Below, one piece after another: positions 1 through 8,832 of a DNA stretch of 64,000 bases (position 1 is its first letter; every line of letters starts with the position of its first letter). The DNA is taken from the IMG/VR virus record IMGVR_UViG_3300031853_000017, positions 2,397 to 66,396 of that record; one strand, given 5' to 3'. A model generated the notes under the pieces. It was given only the letters and a program-made list of their open reading frames with translations, was not told the DNA's origin and ran no database searches. This DNA comes from a virus. Its lineage: Duplodnaviria > Heunggongvirae > Uroviricota > Caudoviricetes. The translations under genes and the position numbers were made by a program.

Positions 1-2
1 AC

Positions 3-365
3 CAGAAATTCAAGGCAATTGCGGAAAAATATCGTCCTGACATAAAGGTATCACAGCATGGCGATTATTGCAATGGAAAATCTAAATATACGCTTGGAAT
101 CATTTTCTACCGCGACGGCAAAGAGTCAAAGGTGTATAACTATTCCGGCACATATGCGGAAATTCTCAACCGTTTGGGCATTCCGGTAATCACCAAATCA
201 GACTATATGACGACCATGAGTCAGTTGGAATATTACAAGGAAAATCACGGAACAATTTGCCCGTTTTTTGGAATTACTACCGATTATTCGGAACAGATCA
301 AAGAATACGAGGAAAAAATAAAATATTTCAACAGTGATAAAGTAATCAGAGAATGGGAGCTTTAA
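3..365 (+). CDS. hypothetical protein, 5' partial (ORF open from window start)
   Basis: Frame open from nt 3 to stop at 365; no motifs recognised. Confidence 0.5.
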   Translation, partial: QKFKAIAEKYRPDIKVSQHGDYCNGKSKYTLGIIFYRDGKESKVYNYSGTYAEILNRLGIPVITKSDYMTTMSQLEYYKENHGTICPFFGITTDYSEQIKEYEEKIKYFNSDKVIREWEL

Positions 366-392
366 TCATAAAAACAAAAGGAGGAAAACACA

Positions 393-614
393 ATGAAAAA
401 ATTTATTGAAGCGTTAAATAACGGAAAAGGTTTTGACTTCTTGACCGATTATGAGAAGTATTCCGAACTCACAAAAGACCAAATCCGCGACATTGCAAAA
501 GAACTCATTTATGCGATCGAGGAATCCGGGCTTATCAAATCGGACATTCAAGCAGTTTATGAGACCGCAACGGAAGAATTGACGGAACAATACAGTTATG
601 AATTTGAAGAATAA
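393..614 (+). CDS. hypothetical protein
   Basis: ATG preceded by AAAGGAGG SD; acidic 73 aa. Confidence 0.6.
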   Translation: MKKFIEALNNGKGFDFLTDYEKYSELTKDQIRDIAKELIYAIEESGLIKSDIQAVYETATEELTEQYSYEFEE

Positions 615-704
615 GATTGAATGTTTGCAACAGCGGCGGAAAATCTAATCCGCCGTTGTAACAAGTATTCAATACTTAAAAAGCAATAAGAAGGAGGAAA
701 CTCA

Positions 705-986
705 ATGAAAAAGTATTATATCCGCTATCCGCGAAATTTCGGCAATGAATACGACTTGCGATTTGTTGACGGCGTAGATGATGAACTCAGAGCAATAGAA
801 CAAGGCTATGAGAGAATCACTAAAAAGGAAGCATTGGAAAAATGCAGAGCCGAACGATGGGCGCGGAAAAACGACCCTGCATTTTCCGGCTATGGTAGTG
901 CGATCATTGTACGCCTTGATTTTGAAGGCGGAGAATCCGAAGCCCGCGAACAATTGACAACATCCGATGGATATATCTACGAATAA
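705..986 (+). CDS. hypothetical protein
   Basis: ATG with GAAGGAGG SD. Confidence 0.6.
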   Translation: MKKYYIRYPRNFGNEYDLRFVDGVDDELRAIEQGYERITKKEALEKCRAERWARKNDPAFSGYGSAIIVRLDFEGGESEAREQLTTSDGYIYE

Positions 987-1033
987 TCGGCGGAGCTGCC
1001 AAATAAAAAAATATGGAAAATTTCAAATAACGC

Positions 1034-1062
1034 TTGACATACTGTTATAAGTATGCTATAAT
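1034..1062 (+). promoter_or_regulatory. sigma70-like promoter TTGACA-17-TATAAT (copy 1 of identical 30-nt promoter)
   Basis: cgcTTGACAtactgttataagtatgcTATAAT; same 30-mer repeats at 5457 and 6468. Confidence 0.6.
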
Positions 1063-1145
1063 CTAACTGTAGACAACACGGCGGGAGAAATCCCGCCTAC
1101 ATCAAAAAGCAGAACGGTAAACATAAAAAACACAACAAGAAAATC

Positions 1146-1502
1146 ATGGAGGTATGGACTATGGCAAGAAGAAATTTAAAGCGCGATTATATCAAAAAGA
1201 TTTTGGCGATCAAAGCGCCGAACGGCTATAGATTCGATTTGGCAAATTACCTCGGAAATCCCGCGTATGACTATGACTATCCGTCATTTTACAAGGTGAT
1301 CGCGGAAACCGAAACGGAAATCACGAAGCGCCGCGTCTATTACATGAAATACTACAACGGCGGCGGCGAGTATTGCGCGGAAACCTACACGCTGGACAAG
1401 AGCGGCGAGAACGAATGGCGCATAGCGCGGAATGTCAAGACCGAAACGCTGGAAGAAGCAAGCCGATTCAATATCAATAAACTTTTGACATTTTGTGAAT
1501 AA
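1146..1502 (+). CDS. hypothetical protein
   Basis: ORF with GGAGG SD; alternative ATG at 1161. Confidence 0.55.
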   Translation: MEVWTMARRNLKRDYIKKILAIKAPNGYRFDLANYLGNPAYDYDYPSFYKVIAETETEITKRRVYYMKYYNGGGEYCAETYTLDKSGENEWRIARNVKTETLEEASRFNINKLLTFCE

Positions 1503-1516
1503 AGGAGGACGACAAC

Positions 1517-1798
1517 ATGACAATCAAGGAATTTTTCGCAGACTACAGCGAGGAATATGCCGATGTTTTTATTCTGGATTCAGAGGACGACGGGGACGCA
1601 TACAGAGGCACGGTATATCCTTTTAATGGAGAAATATCAATTGATTTTTCGGACGAAACGCCCAATCCGGCGGCTATGCGAAAAGCTAAACAGACCGCGC
1701 AGCAGCAACAATACGAAATTACCAGAGCATACCGGAGCGGCACAATTCAGACCGGCTACAGAGCAACAGACATCACGGCGGAATTTTTAAGAGCCTAA
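1517..1798 (+). CDS. hypothetical protein
   Basis: AAAGGAGG SD + ATG. Confidence 0.6.
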   Translation: MTIKEFFADYSEEYADVFILDSEDDGDAYRGTVYPFNGEISIDFSDETPNPAAMRKAKQTAQQQQYEITRAYRSGTIQTGYRATDITAEFLRA

Positions 1799-1880
1799 AC
1801 GGTAAACAAAAAAAGGTTAATAAGCAATTACACCGATAATTTGGCGAATTGCTAAAAATAAAAAAGTGAGGTATTTGAAA

Positions 1881-2087
1881 ATGGTATTGAACATCATCAT
1901 CGGAACACTTGCAGTGGCATACATTACTTTTAATTTTGTTGTCAGTAACAGAATGGACATAAAGGCAATGACCGCAAAGTTTATCACGGGACAGAATGTT
2001 GTCGGCAAGATCGCGACAAACATCTTCTATGCGCCGGCATGGGTTCTGAAAGGATTAAAATTCCTTGCAGTAAAACTAATCAAATAA
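1881..2087 (+). CDS. small membrane protein
   Basis: GTGAGG SD; one hydrophobic helix. Confidence 0.5.
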   Translation: MVLNIIIGTLAVAYITFNFVVSNRMDIKAMTAKFITGQNVVGKIATNIFYAPAWVLKGLKFLAVKLIK

Positions 2088-2200
2088 TTACATAAAGCTG
2101 AGCTAACGGCTATACGGGCAAATTAAAACACAATTAAAGCGATTATATATTGACCGTTTTAATTATGGTTTAACGGAAAAAATACAAAGGAGTGAACGAA

Positions 2201-2365
2201 ATGGCAAAGGGAATTAAATGTACAGTAATTTGCAATACAAAGTGGGGCTATTGTATGACTCCGCGTGAATGTAAGAGCATTAGAGAAGCCGTCCGATACG
2301 CGAAAGACCTGGGAATGGCTTATAGAGTATTTGTTGACGGAAAAGTTGTAAAATCAGGGTGGTAA
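2201..2365 (+). CDS. small hypothetical protein (54 aa)
   Basis: AAAGGAG SD + ATG; below 60-aa ORF cutoff. Confidence 0.45.
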   Translation: MAKGIKCTVICNTKWGYCMTPRECKSIREAVRYAKDLGMAYRVFVDGKVVKSGW

Positions 2366-2379
2366 ACAAGGAGGAAAAT

Positions 2380-2565
2380 ATGGCATACAGGAAATATTAT
2401 AAAACATTTGAGTTTTGCGACACCGAGCAGGAAGCGCAAACAATGTGCGAAAACATCAACCGCACGGCAACCAGACACATAAGAATGAAACATCCGGCGC
2501 ATTATACGCCGTGGAGCAGCACGGACGGAAAAGAACACAAATTTATAGTTTGGTTTGTGAGGTGA
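2380..2565 (+). CDS. hypothetical protein
   Basis: AAGGAGG SD + ATG. Confidence 0.5.
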   Translation: MAYRKYYKTFEFCDTEQEAQTMCENINRTATRHIRMKHPAHYTPWSSTDGKEHKFIVWFVR

Positions 2566-2569
2566 TAGA

Positions 2570-2743
2570 ATGCCAATAGTTATTATTATTGCGGTTCTGA
2601 TCGCCGCAGGGGTTGCAAACGTTGCCGGACAGGACAAACGGAAATCATACGATTCAGACACTACGCGGCAAATGCTGAAAGACATGACAGGAAAAACCAA
2701 ATCGGAATGCCGCCGGATTATTAAAAGATACGGCAAAAGATAA
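2570..2743 (+). CDS. small membrane protein (57 aa)
   Basis: GTGAGGTG SD; N-terminal TM helix. Confidence 0.45.
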   Translation: MPIVIIIAVLIAAGVANVAGQDKRKSYDSDTTRQMLKDMTGKTKSECRRIIKRYGKR

Positions 2744-2756
2744 AGAGGTGAATACA

Positions 2757-3104
2757 ATGAAACCTATGAGATTAACAGAAACAGACAAGAAGCAATTAAT
2801 CGAAAACGGACATACCGAAAGAGATTTCAAACAAATCGAAGAAGCTATGCAGAAATCAAAGACGAAGTATAGCGCCGTCAATATCCAGACCGGAAAGGAA
2901 GAAACGATCCCCCCCCCCCGTGAAAGAGCAATCGAAATCTTAGGGCGCGAAACATGGTTGAGCGGAATTTCAAGAAGCGCATTTCATTGGACTGCTACAC
3001 GAGATAACATGCGCGGATATTTCAAACCGAAATCAGCGGATTATGTTGTTACTCAAATGCCGACATATATAGTGCATTTTGATTCTTCAAATCTTTTCAA
3101 ATAA
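2757..3104 (+). CDS. hypothetical protein containing in-frame C10 homopolymer (PPP)
   Basis: AAGAGGTG SD + ATG; poly-C at 2911-2920. Confidence 0.5.
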   Translation: MKPMRLTETDKKQLIENGHTERDFKQIEEAMQKSKTKYSAVNIQTGKEETIPPPRERAIEILGRETWLSGISRSAFHWTATRDNMRGYFKPKSADYVVTQMPTYIVHFDSSNLFK

Positions 3105-3119
3105 GGAGGAACAGAAAAA

Positions 3120-3407
3120 ATGACAAGAAGTGAAAAGAAAAAACTCATTGCAAACATTCAAACAACAATATGTCTATTTTACAAGGCATTGTTTTCTATG
3201 CCTAAATATGAAGGGTATCAGAAAGACTTGTTATTCGTCGGTTTTGACGTTGAGCAGGCGCGGAAAGAAGTGAGAAGAATCAGCAGCGATTTGAATTGCG
3301 ATACCACACCGGATTATAAACTGACTGCGTACTTTACCAGAACATTGGGAATACTTGCAGAATTATTATCCGCTCAAATGACAGTGCAGGATATTAAAAA
3401 TATATAA
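3120..3407 (+). CDS. hypothetical protein
   Basis: AAGGAGG SD. Confidence 0.55.
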   Translation: MTRSEKKKLIANIQTTICLFYKALFSMPKYEGYQKDLLFVGFDVEQARKEVRRISSDLNCDTTPDYKLTAYFTRTLGILAELLSAQMTVQDIKNI

Positions 3408-3423
3408 CAAGGAGGATTTCAAA

Positions 3424-3786
3424 TTGAAAGCAAAAAAGTTTGAACTGTTTATGTGTTGCTTGGGCAACGGAACAACTGTTTGCAATAAAGCCGTCAGAGA
3501 AGATGGCGATTATAAAACCGTAGCTCACATTTCAGCCGGAGGAAATATCAAATTCTATGTTCCGGAAGATTATATCCCGCAAGAGGATATGCAGATAATC
3601 CGCAAATGTGCAGACAGCGACAAAGCAAAATTCCGCGCGGATTTTGAGAAGATGGGCAAATACGAGCAATATGAAAAAATCCTTGACAGTTTGAACCATG
3701 CGGATTTTCTGAAAGTAACCGCAGACAAAAGACCATTTGACGAGCGTTTGCCGGAACTGCGAGAACACTACTATTCAATAGCATAA
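3424..3786 (+). CDS. hypothetical protein (TTG start)
   Basis: AAGGAGG SD then TTG. Confidence 0.5.
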   Translation: MKAKKFELFMCCLGNGTTVCNKAVREDGDYKTVAHISAGGNIKFYVPEDYIPQEDMQIIRKCADSDKAKFRADFEKMGKYEQYEKILDSLNHADFLKVTADKRPFDERLPELREHYYSIA

Positions 3787-3797
3787 AGGAGGACACC

Positions 3798-3974
3798 ATG
3801 AAAATCTATGCAGAAATTACCATGATGGTTGCGATCGAAACGCAGGAAACCGACGAGGACACAATTAAAGATAAGTTTGCCGATTGCGTTAGATACGCGC
3901 TTGACAATTCAGAAATCACAGATTATGAATACATCAACGTTTTGGAGCTGAGAAAGGCGGTGGAGCAGGAATGA
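3798..3974 (+). CDS. small acidic protein (58 aa)
   Basis: AAAGGAGG SD + ATG; ATGA overlap with next gene. Confidence 0.45.
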   Translation: MKIYAEITMMVAIETQETDEDTIKDKFADCVRYALDNSEITDYEYINVLELRKAVEQE

Positions 3975-4192
3975 AGAAATTGAAAGAATTAATTGACAAA
4001 ACATACGATACAGGAAAAATGCCGGTCAAAAATATGTCACTGAACGATTTCCGCTATCTGGAATACATTCATGACGAGCTGATGAAGGGCAACAGGGTTT
4101 ATTACTGTTTTGCTACGGAAATCATCAATCCGATTTTGAAGAAATGCGGAATCGCGTTCAAGCAGCACCACATGGGCTACATTGCCGGTTAA
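3971..4192 (+). CDS. hypothetical protein
   Basis: translationally coupled ORF. Confidence 0.5.
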   Translation: MKKLKELIDKTYDTGKMPVKNMSLNDFRYLEYIHDELMKGNRVYYCFATEIINPILKKCGIAFKQHHMGYIAG

Positions 4193-4221
4193 TCAAATCA
4201 GAATTTTATGGAGGTGATTAC

Positions 4222-4626
4222 ATGAAAAACGATAAATACATTTACATCGGAATTTTTGTTGACTACGATACGTTGCAGAAATTTGTCAACGATAATATCA
4301 CAAAAGACAAATTATCGCGCGTGATTGATAAACCACACGTAACATTCGCATTCAGACCTAAAGAATACAATCCTGATTTAATCGGAAAACTTGTAATGCT
4401 GAAAGTTGTCGGCTACGCTTGCGACGGCAAGAACCAGGGCTTACAGATCGAGATGGACAACACAAGTATTCCCGAAATTTTGGCAGAGTTTAAGAAAATC
4501 AAGAATCCGCATATCACGTTATCGACAAGCGAGGACGGAAAGCCGGTTGACACCGGAAAGATGAAATTCGAGCCGATTGACAATCCGTTCTACATTATGG
4601 GTACATATGACGGCTTTTCAAAGTAA
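4222..4626 (+). CDS. 2H phosphoesterase family protein (LigT / cyclic phosphodiesterase / Acb1-like)
   Basis: Two H-x-T/S-x motifs (HVTFAF, HITLST) about 80 aa apart in a 134-aa protein; GGAGGTG SD. Confidence 0.55.
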   Translation: MKNDKYIYIGIFVDYDTLQKFVNDNITKDKLSRVIDKPHVTFAFRPKEYNPDLIGKLVMLKVVGYACDGKNQGLQIEMDNTSIPEILAEFKKIKNPHITLSTSEDGKPVDTGKMKFEPIDNPFYIMGTYDGFSK

Positions 4627-4752
4627 ACATAAAAAACACAATAACGCTAAAATGCCGAGAATTTGTCTATATCGCATTTTCTCGGCAAGGAATATAATTA
4701 CACTAACATTACATAAAAACGCGATATGAGCGAAAACAAAGGGGTTTATGAC

Positions 4753-5271
4753 ATGAAGAAAATTATTTGTATGGTAATCACAATCATTATGGTTATTTCT
4801 CTTGTGGGTTGCGGAGCGAAAGACACAGCGGAAAATCAGCCGAAACAAATGGCTGCAAAATCCATTGACGAGAAATTCACATACACAATCGACGGAGAAC
4901 AACAGAAAATAACGCCGTATTATCCGATCGAGGACAATTATGTTATGAACATGGTCGAGGTTGGCTATAGTAATTTCCACATTTATGATTCACGCAACGT
5001 CACCGGCGGGATGTTGGCAAACCGCACGAAATCAGAAAAAATCATTATTGAGCGCGTTATTGCGATCATCACTAACAGAAATCGCGAAGGCGACGCAAAG
5101 GTTCTGAACACAAACGGTGATTACAATTATATCAGTTATTACGATACTGATTTGGACTACACAACGGGAACAGTCATGATTACATACCTGATGTACAATC
5201 CGGAAACAGACTATGAGGATGACATAATCGAGCGCTATGATTATGTGCTTGACCGGAATTTTGAGGATTGA
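4753..5271 (+). CDS. lipoprotein
   Basis: Signal peptide + lipobox LVGC. Confidence 0.6.
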   Translation: MKKIICMVITIIMVISLVGCGAKDTAENQPKQMAAKSIDEKFTYTIDGEQQKITPYYPIEDNYVMNMVEVGYSNFHIYDSRNVTGGMLANRTKSEKIIIERVIAIITNRNREGDAKVLNTNGDYNYISYYDTDLDYTTGTVMITYLMYNPETDYEDDIIERYDYVLDRNFED

Positions 5272-5456
5272 GGTGATTTTGTGTCTTTGCTTGCAGTCGT
5301 ATTAATTTTAATCGTTTGGGCAGTAATTGACATAATAAATGCTGCAAAACCTACAAATCCGCCAATAAAAGACATCAAAAACCATTGTAAAACAATTCAG
5401 CAACTACCAAACAAAAAAGCACGACGAAAATATTTGAATAATCTATCAAAAATTCA

Positions 5457-5485
5457 TTGACATACTGTTATAAGTATGATATAAT
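5457..5485 (+). promoter_or_regulatory. sigma70-like promoter (identical copy 2)
   Basis: TTGACAtactgttataagtatgaTATAAT. Confidence 0.6.
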
Positions 5486-5533
5486 GTTTTCAACTATATG
5501 GCAAGTTGAAAATATCCATAAGGAGGAATATCC

Positions 5534-5923
5534 ATGATTGAAAAAGAATTGATGTTGAAAATATTCAACTATGCAAACAAAGCAAGACAGAAATATATGC
5601 CAGACGTAAAAGATGAAGATTTGTGCGAAAACGGAGCTTTTTATTACATGAACGGTAACGACGGCACAGATTTTGATTGGGAATGGAACGACAGAGTTTG
5701 CGAGATAATGCAATTCTACAAATCCACCGAGTATGGCTTACTGAAAGTATATCCGCACAAAGATGGATATATTTATGGCTATATATATGGCGACGAAGGA
5801 CGAGGAAAAGCCATAGAGATTGAGCCGGAATATATCGGCATTGAGGACGCGGATTTAATTAAAGACTATTTACAAAATGAATTTGACGATCATAACATCT
5901 GGGATGGAGTTATTATCATTTAA
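5534..5923 (+). CDS. hypothetical protein
   Basis: AAGGAGG SD + ATG. Confidence 0.55.
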   Translation: MIEKELMLKIFNYANKARQKYMPDVKDEDLCENGAFYYMNGNDGTDFDWEWNDRVCEIMQFYKSTEYGLLKVYPHKDGYIYGYIYGDEGRGKAIEIEPEYIGIEDADLIKDYLQNEFDDHNIWDGVIII

Positions 5924-5944
5924 TAGTTAGAGAGGAAAAGTAAA

Positions 5945-6193
5945 ATGACATCAAAACTGCAAGAAGAAGCAAAGCAGCGCAAGAATGATTATAACGCAGA
6001 ATATGTAAAGATAACCAAAAGAGCAGCACAAAAGAAATGGGACGAAGCAAACAAAGGAAGAAAAAAACAAAAGATTTTCGTTCTATGGTTGCCGCAAGAT
6101 CAGGATATTGCTGACCATTTGCAGAAAATCAAGAATTTTTCCGATTATATTAAAGGTTTAATTCGTCGCGATATGGAGAACGAGCATGAATAA
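5945..6193 (+). CDS. basic K/E-rich small protein
   Basis: GAGAGGAAAAG SD; paralogous to next ORF. Confidence 0.5.
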   Translation: MTSKLQEEAKQRKNDYNAEYVKITKRAAQKKWDEANKGRKKQKIFVLWLPQDQDIADHLQKIKNFSDYIKGLIRRDMENEHE

Positions 6194-6413
6194 AGATGAA
6201 GCAAAAGAACGGAAAAAAGGCTATCAAAGAGAGTATGAGAAAAAGACCGGTTATGCCGCGCAAATAAAATACAGTAAAGAAAAAACAAGACGTTATACAA
6301 TCAGCGCTATGACTAATACGGAGCAAGATATAATCCAAAAGCTGGATAGCGTAGAAAACAAGAATGGATATATCAAGGCTTTAATCCGAGCAGATATAGC
6401 AAGATCAAAATGA
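6186..6413 (+). CDS. basic small protein (paralog of 5945-6193)
   Basis: Shared KERKKGYQREYEKKTGYAAQ-type motif. Confidence 0.5.
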   Translation: MNKDEAKERKKGYQREYEKKTGYAAQIKYSKEKTRRYTISAMTNTEQDIIQKLDSVENKNGYIKALIRADIARSK

Positions 6414-6467
6414 TATTGGGTTCTCTGCAAAGAGAGCCTAATATTTTTATCTTTTTTCGGAAAACGC

Positions 6468-6496
6468 TTGACATACTGTTATAAGTATGTTATTAT
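6468..6496 (+). promoter_or_regulatory. sigma70-like promoter (copy 3; -10 TATTAT)
   Basis: TTGACAtactgttataagtatgtTATTAT. Confidence 0.55.
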
Positions 6497-6524
6497 TAAA
6501 CCATAGTAAAGGAGCTGATGATTT

Positions 6525-6719
6525 ATGACGATCACAAATGAAACCAAAAGGAAAATGTATAAAGCAGCAAACGCAATTTGCGGAAAATCATATCTTCTTG
6601 ATAATAATGCTATAGTAACCAAATACAGCAAAGAATGGCAAAAGATGACGAAGATTGAACGGATAGCACACACAATTGGATTTTATGACAGCAATTCCCG
6701 CGTATTGAAAATCTTTTAG
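6525..6719 (+). CDS. hypothetical protein
   Basis: AAAGGAG SD + ATG. Confidence 0.45.
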   Translation: MTITNETKRKMYKAANAICGKSYLLDNNAIVTKYSKEWQKMTKIERIAHTIGFYDSNSRVLKIF

Positions 6720-6834
6720 GAGGTGCAGGAAAATAACTAAACTTTTCGGCGAAGCATTAGCAAACCAAATCAGAGAAACCATAGAACAGAACAAAGCCGC
6801 GATAGCTAATCGGATTGAAAGAATCAATGCCGGC

Positions 6835-7215
6835 TTGACAGACCTTGGTGATTGTTTTCTTTCCGACAAGTTAGAGCACGGAAAAATCAAAGAATGCGAA
6901 ATGCAGCTTGCTATTCTTTCCGGCGACGGTTGCGAAGAACGAGAAATCGTAATTGACGAGAACGGCGACGAAGTAGGTACACGATGGGTACAAACCAGAT
7001 ACGGAAACCGAATTGTAGGTCGTGGAATCTTTGCAAATTCCGTCAAGGCATTATGCAAGAAAACCGGATGGACAATAACGAGAAGAAGGGTTCCGGTATG
7101 GACGAAGTTTGAAACCTATACGAGCGGAATGGCTGGCGTTTATAGCGGATATTATAAGACCGTGAGATGGCACACGAACATGAAAACAGGCGAATATGTC
7201 GGCTATCCAGAATGA
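6835..7215 (+). CDS. hypothetical protein (frame open upstream to 6709; true start uncertain)
   Basis: ORF from TTG 6835; AGGAGG at 6718 with in-frame ATA 6733 but no canonical start. Confidence 0.45.
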   Translation: MTDLGDCFLSDKLEHGKIKECEMQLAILSGDGCEEREIVIDENGDEVGTRWVQTRYGNRIVGRGIFANSVKALCKKTGWTITRRRVPVWTKFETYTSGMAGVYSGYYKTVRWHTNMKTGEYVGYPE

Positions 7216-7560
7216 GGAAATATATAATTACTATACTTTGATTAAAGTACAGTCAAGAAATACTAAACATCAAAGTATAGTAATTATTAAAATAATAAGG
7301 TATGCTATACATAAGTGATTAGTATAAAGTATAGCTAATCATTTATGTATAGTATATATATATGTTTCCCAAAGGGAAACATATAATATATTATATACGT
7401 TTTTATTGTTATACTATTCTTTATTCCTTAACGTATAGTATATAATATATTATTATATAATGTATTGCTATTCATTAATGTATAGTATAATAAAGAATAG
7501 CTATTCATTAATGAATAGTATATAATATATATATATATATATAAGAGCAATTTCTGACGC
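7216..7560. repeat. AT-rich iteron region (GTATAGTATA-like repeats, palindromes, (TA)n); candidate replication origin or regulatory region
   Basis: At least 6 copies of (A/T)GTATAGTATA(T/A)AAT; perfect palindrome ATGTTTCCCAAAGGGAAACAT at 7362-7382; ATTCATTAATGAAT palindrome; (TA)10 tract. Confidence 0.45.
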
Positions 7561-7766
7561 GGCAATCAATCGAGCGGAATTTTCCTCTATGGTTTTTAAT
7601 CAGATTGATTCCCTTGTCTATGTGCCGTCTTGCGACAACACATAATATATTGTTAAAATCGTTTATTTTGGCTTGTATTGGATTTTTGCTTTAGCAATAT
7701 AATTTCATTACTTTTAGATAAAAATGCGATACAGGCGATTCTGGCTTATTTTAGAGGTGGTTTAGA

Positions 7767-8174
7767 ATGACAAAGGAAGTTTATAATAAACTGATAAGAA
7801 TTAAATCGGAGCTTGACCGCAAAATTTCCGGCGCATATTCTACTATGGATTTATTCGACATCATCATATATGTTGATTGGTGTAAGCAATATCACAAAGC
7901 ACCGGACAAGGTATTGGACACGCTTATTCTGTACATTATCGCCGTGCAGGACGGAAATTCAGACCAGATAGACAAATACTATGCCTATGACATTAAAAGC
8001 GATATGGAGGCTTATAAGCCGCGCAGCAAATATCAAGTGAGAATGAGGTCTAAGAAGCCATATAGTTCATGGGCAGTAATCAAGACGTATGACACGGAAT
8101 CCGCAGCAAAAGCATACGCCGAAAAAGCAAGCAAATCTCATTCCGATATGGTTTATAAAGTTTTTCAAAAATAA
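7767..8174 (+). CDS. hypothetical protein
   Basis: GAGGTGG SD + ATG. Confidence 0.55.
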   Translation: MTKEVYNKLIRIKSELDRKISGAYSTMDLFDIIIYVDWCKQYHKAPDKVLDTLILYIIAVQDGNSDQIDKYYAYDIKSDMEAYKPRSKYQVRMRSKKPYSSWAVIKTYDTESAAKAYAEKASKSHSDMVYKVFQK

Positions 8175-8197
8175 TCACAGTAAATATAAAAAAGTTA

Positions 8198-8226
8198 TTG
8201 ACAAATCAAAATCATTGTGATATACT
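8198..8226 (+). promoter_or_regulatory. sigma70-like promoter with upstream AGTAAATATAAAAAAG element
   Basis: TTGACA-17-TATACT. Confidence 0.55.
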
Positions 8227-8267
8227 TGTTATAGTAAAGAAATTACTACAGAAAAGGAGCAACAACA

Positions 8268-8786
8268 ATGAGAGATTTAATTGATTTCACAATCCAGTGC
8301 ATGAACGAGCTTGACAGAATCGGGATTCCGTATGGAAACGTAATTGATGTAACAATCAATACCCGCGCGAAGAAAAGATGGGGTCAATGCCGCAAGGTTC
8401 CCGGCGGGTTCACTATCAATATCAATGTGGTTCTTCTGGACGAGAAAAACGACGTTGACGGGCTGAGAAACACAATTTTCCATGAGTTGCTGCACACTTG
8501 CCCTGATTGTTGGAATCACGGTACACAGTGGAAAGCATACGCCGCAATGATTCGCCGCGAATTGGGATATAACATTCAGCGCACGAGCAGCGCCGAAGAA
8601 AAGGGCGTTATCACTGAGCCGGAAACGGAGCGCACGCCGAAATATCAGATTGTCTGTAATAGTTGCGGGCATATCTGGGAAAGATACAAGATGTGCAAGG
8701 CTATCAAGAGAATCGAAAATTTCAGATGTGGATATTGCAACGGTAGGTTATCCGCGTTCAGTGATGGATTCAAAATCGCGGGCTAA
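8268..8786 (+). CDS. SprT-like zinc metallopeptidase domain protein
   Basis: HELLH (HExxH) motif plus C-terminal CxxC...CxxC zinc ribbon. Confidence 0.5.
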   Translation: MRDLIDFTIQCMNELDRIGIPYGNVIDVTINTRAKKRWGQCRKVPGGFTININVVLLDEKNDVDGLRNTIFHELLHTCPDCWNHGTQWKAYAAMIRRELGYNIQRTSSAEEKGVITEPETERTPKYQIVCNSCGHIWERYKMCKAIKRIENFRCGYCNGRLSAFSDGFKIAG

Positions 8787-8832
8787 ACGGTAAACATAAA
8801 AAACACAACAACGAAAGCGAGGTATAAATATT

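Noticed and set aside
1081-1097. GCGGGAGAAATCCCGC and similar hairpins (38229 CCGCTTTTCAGCGG; 35010 GGGAGAGT...ACTCTCCC) as rho-independent terminators
   Set aside because: None is followed by a T-run on the + strand. They may still be RNA structures, but terminator calls are not supported.
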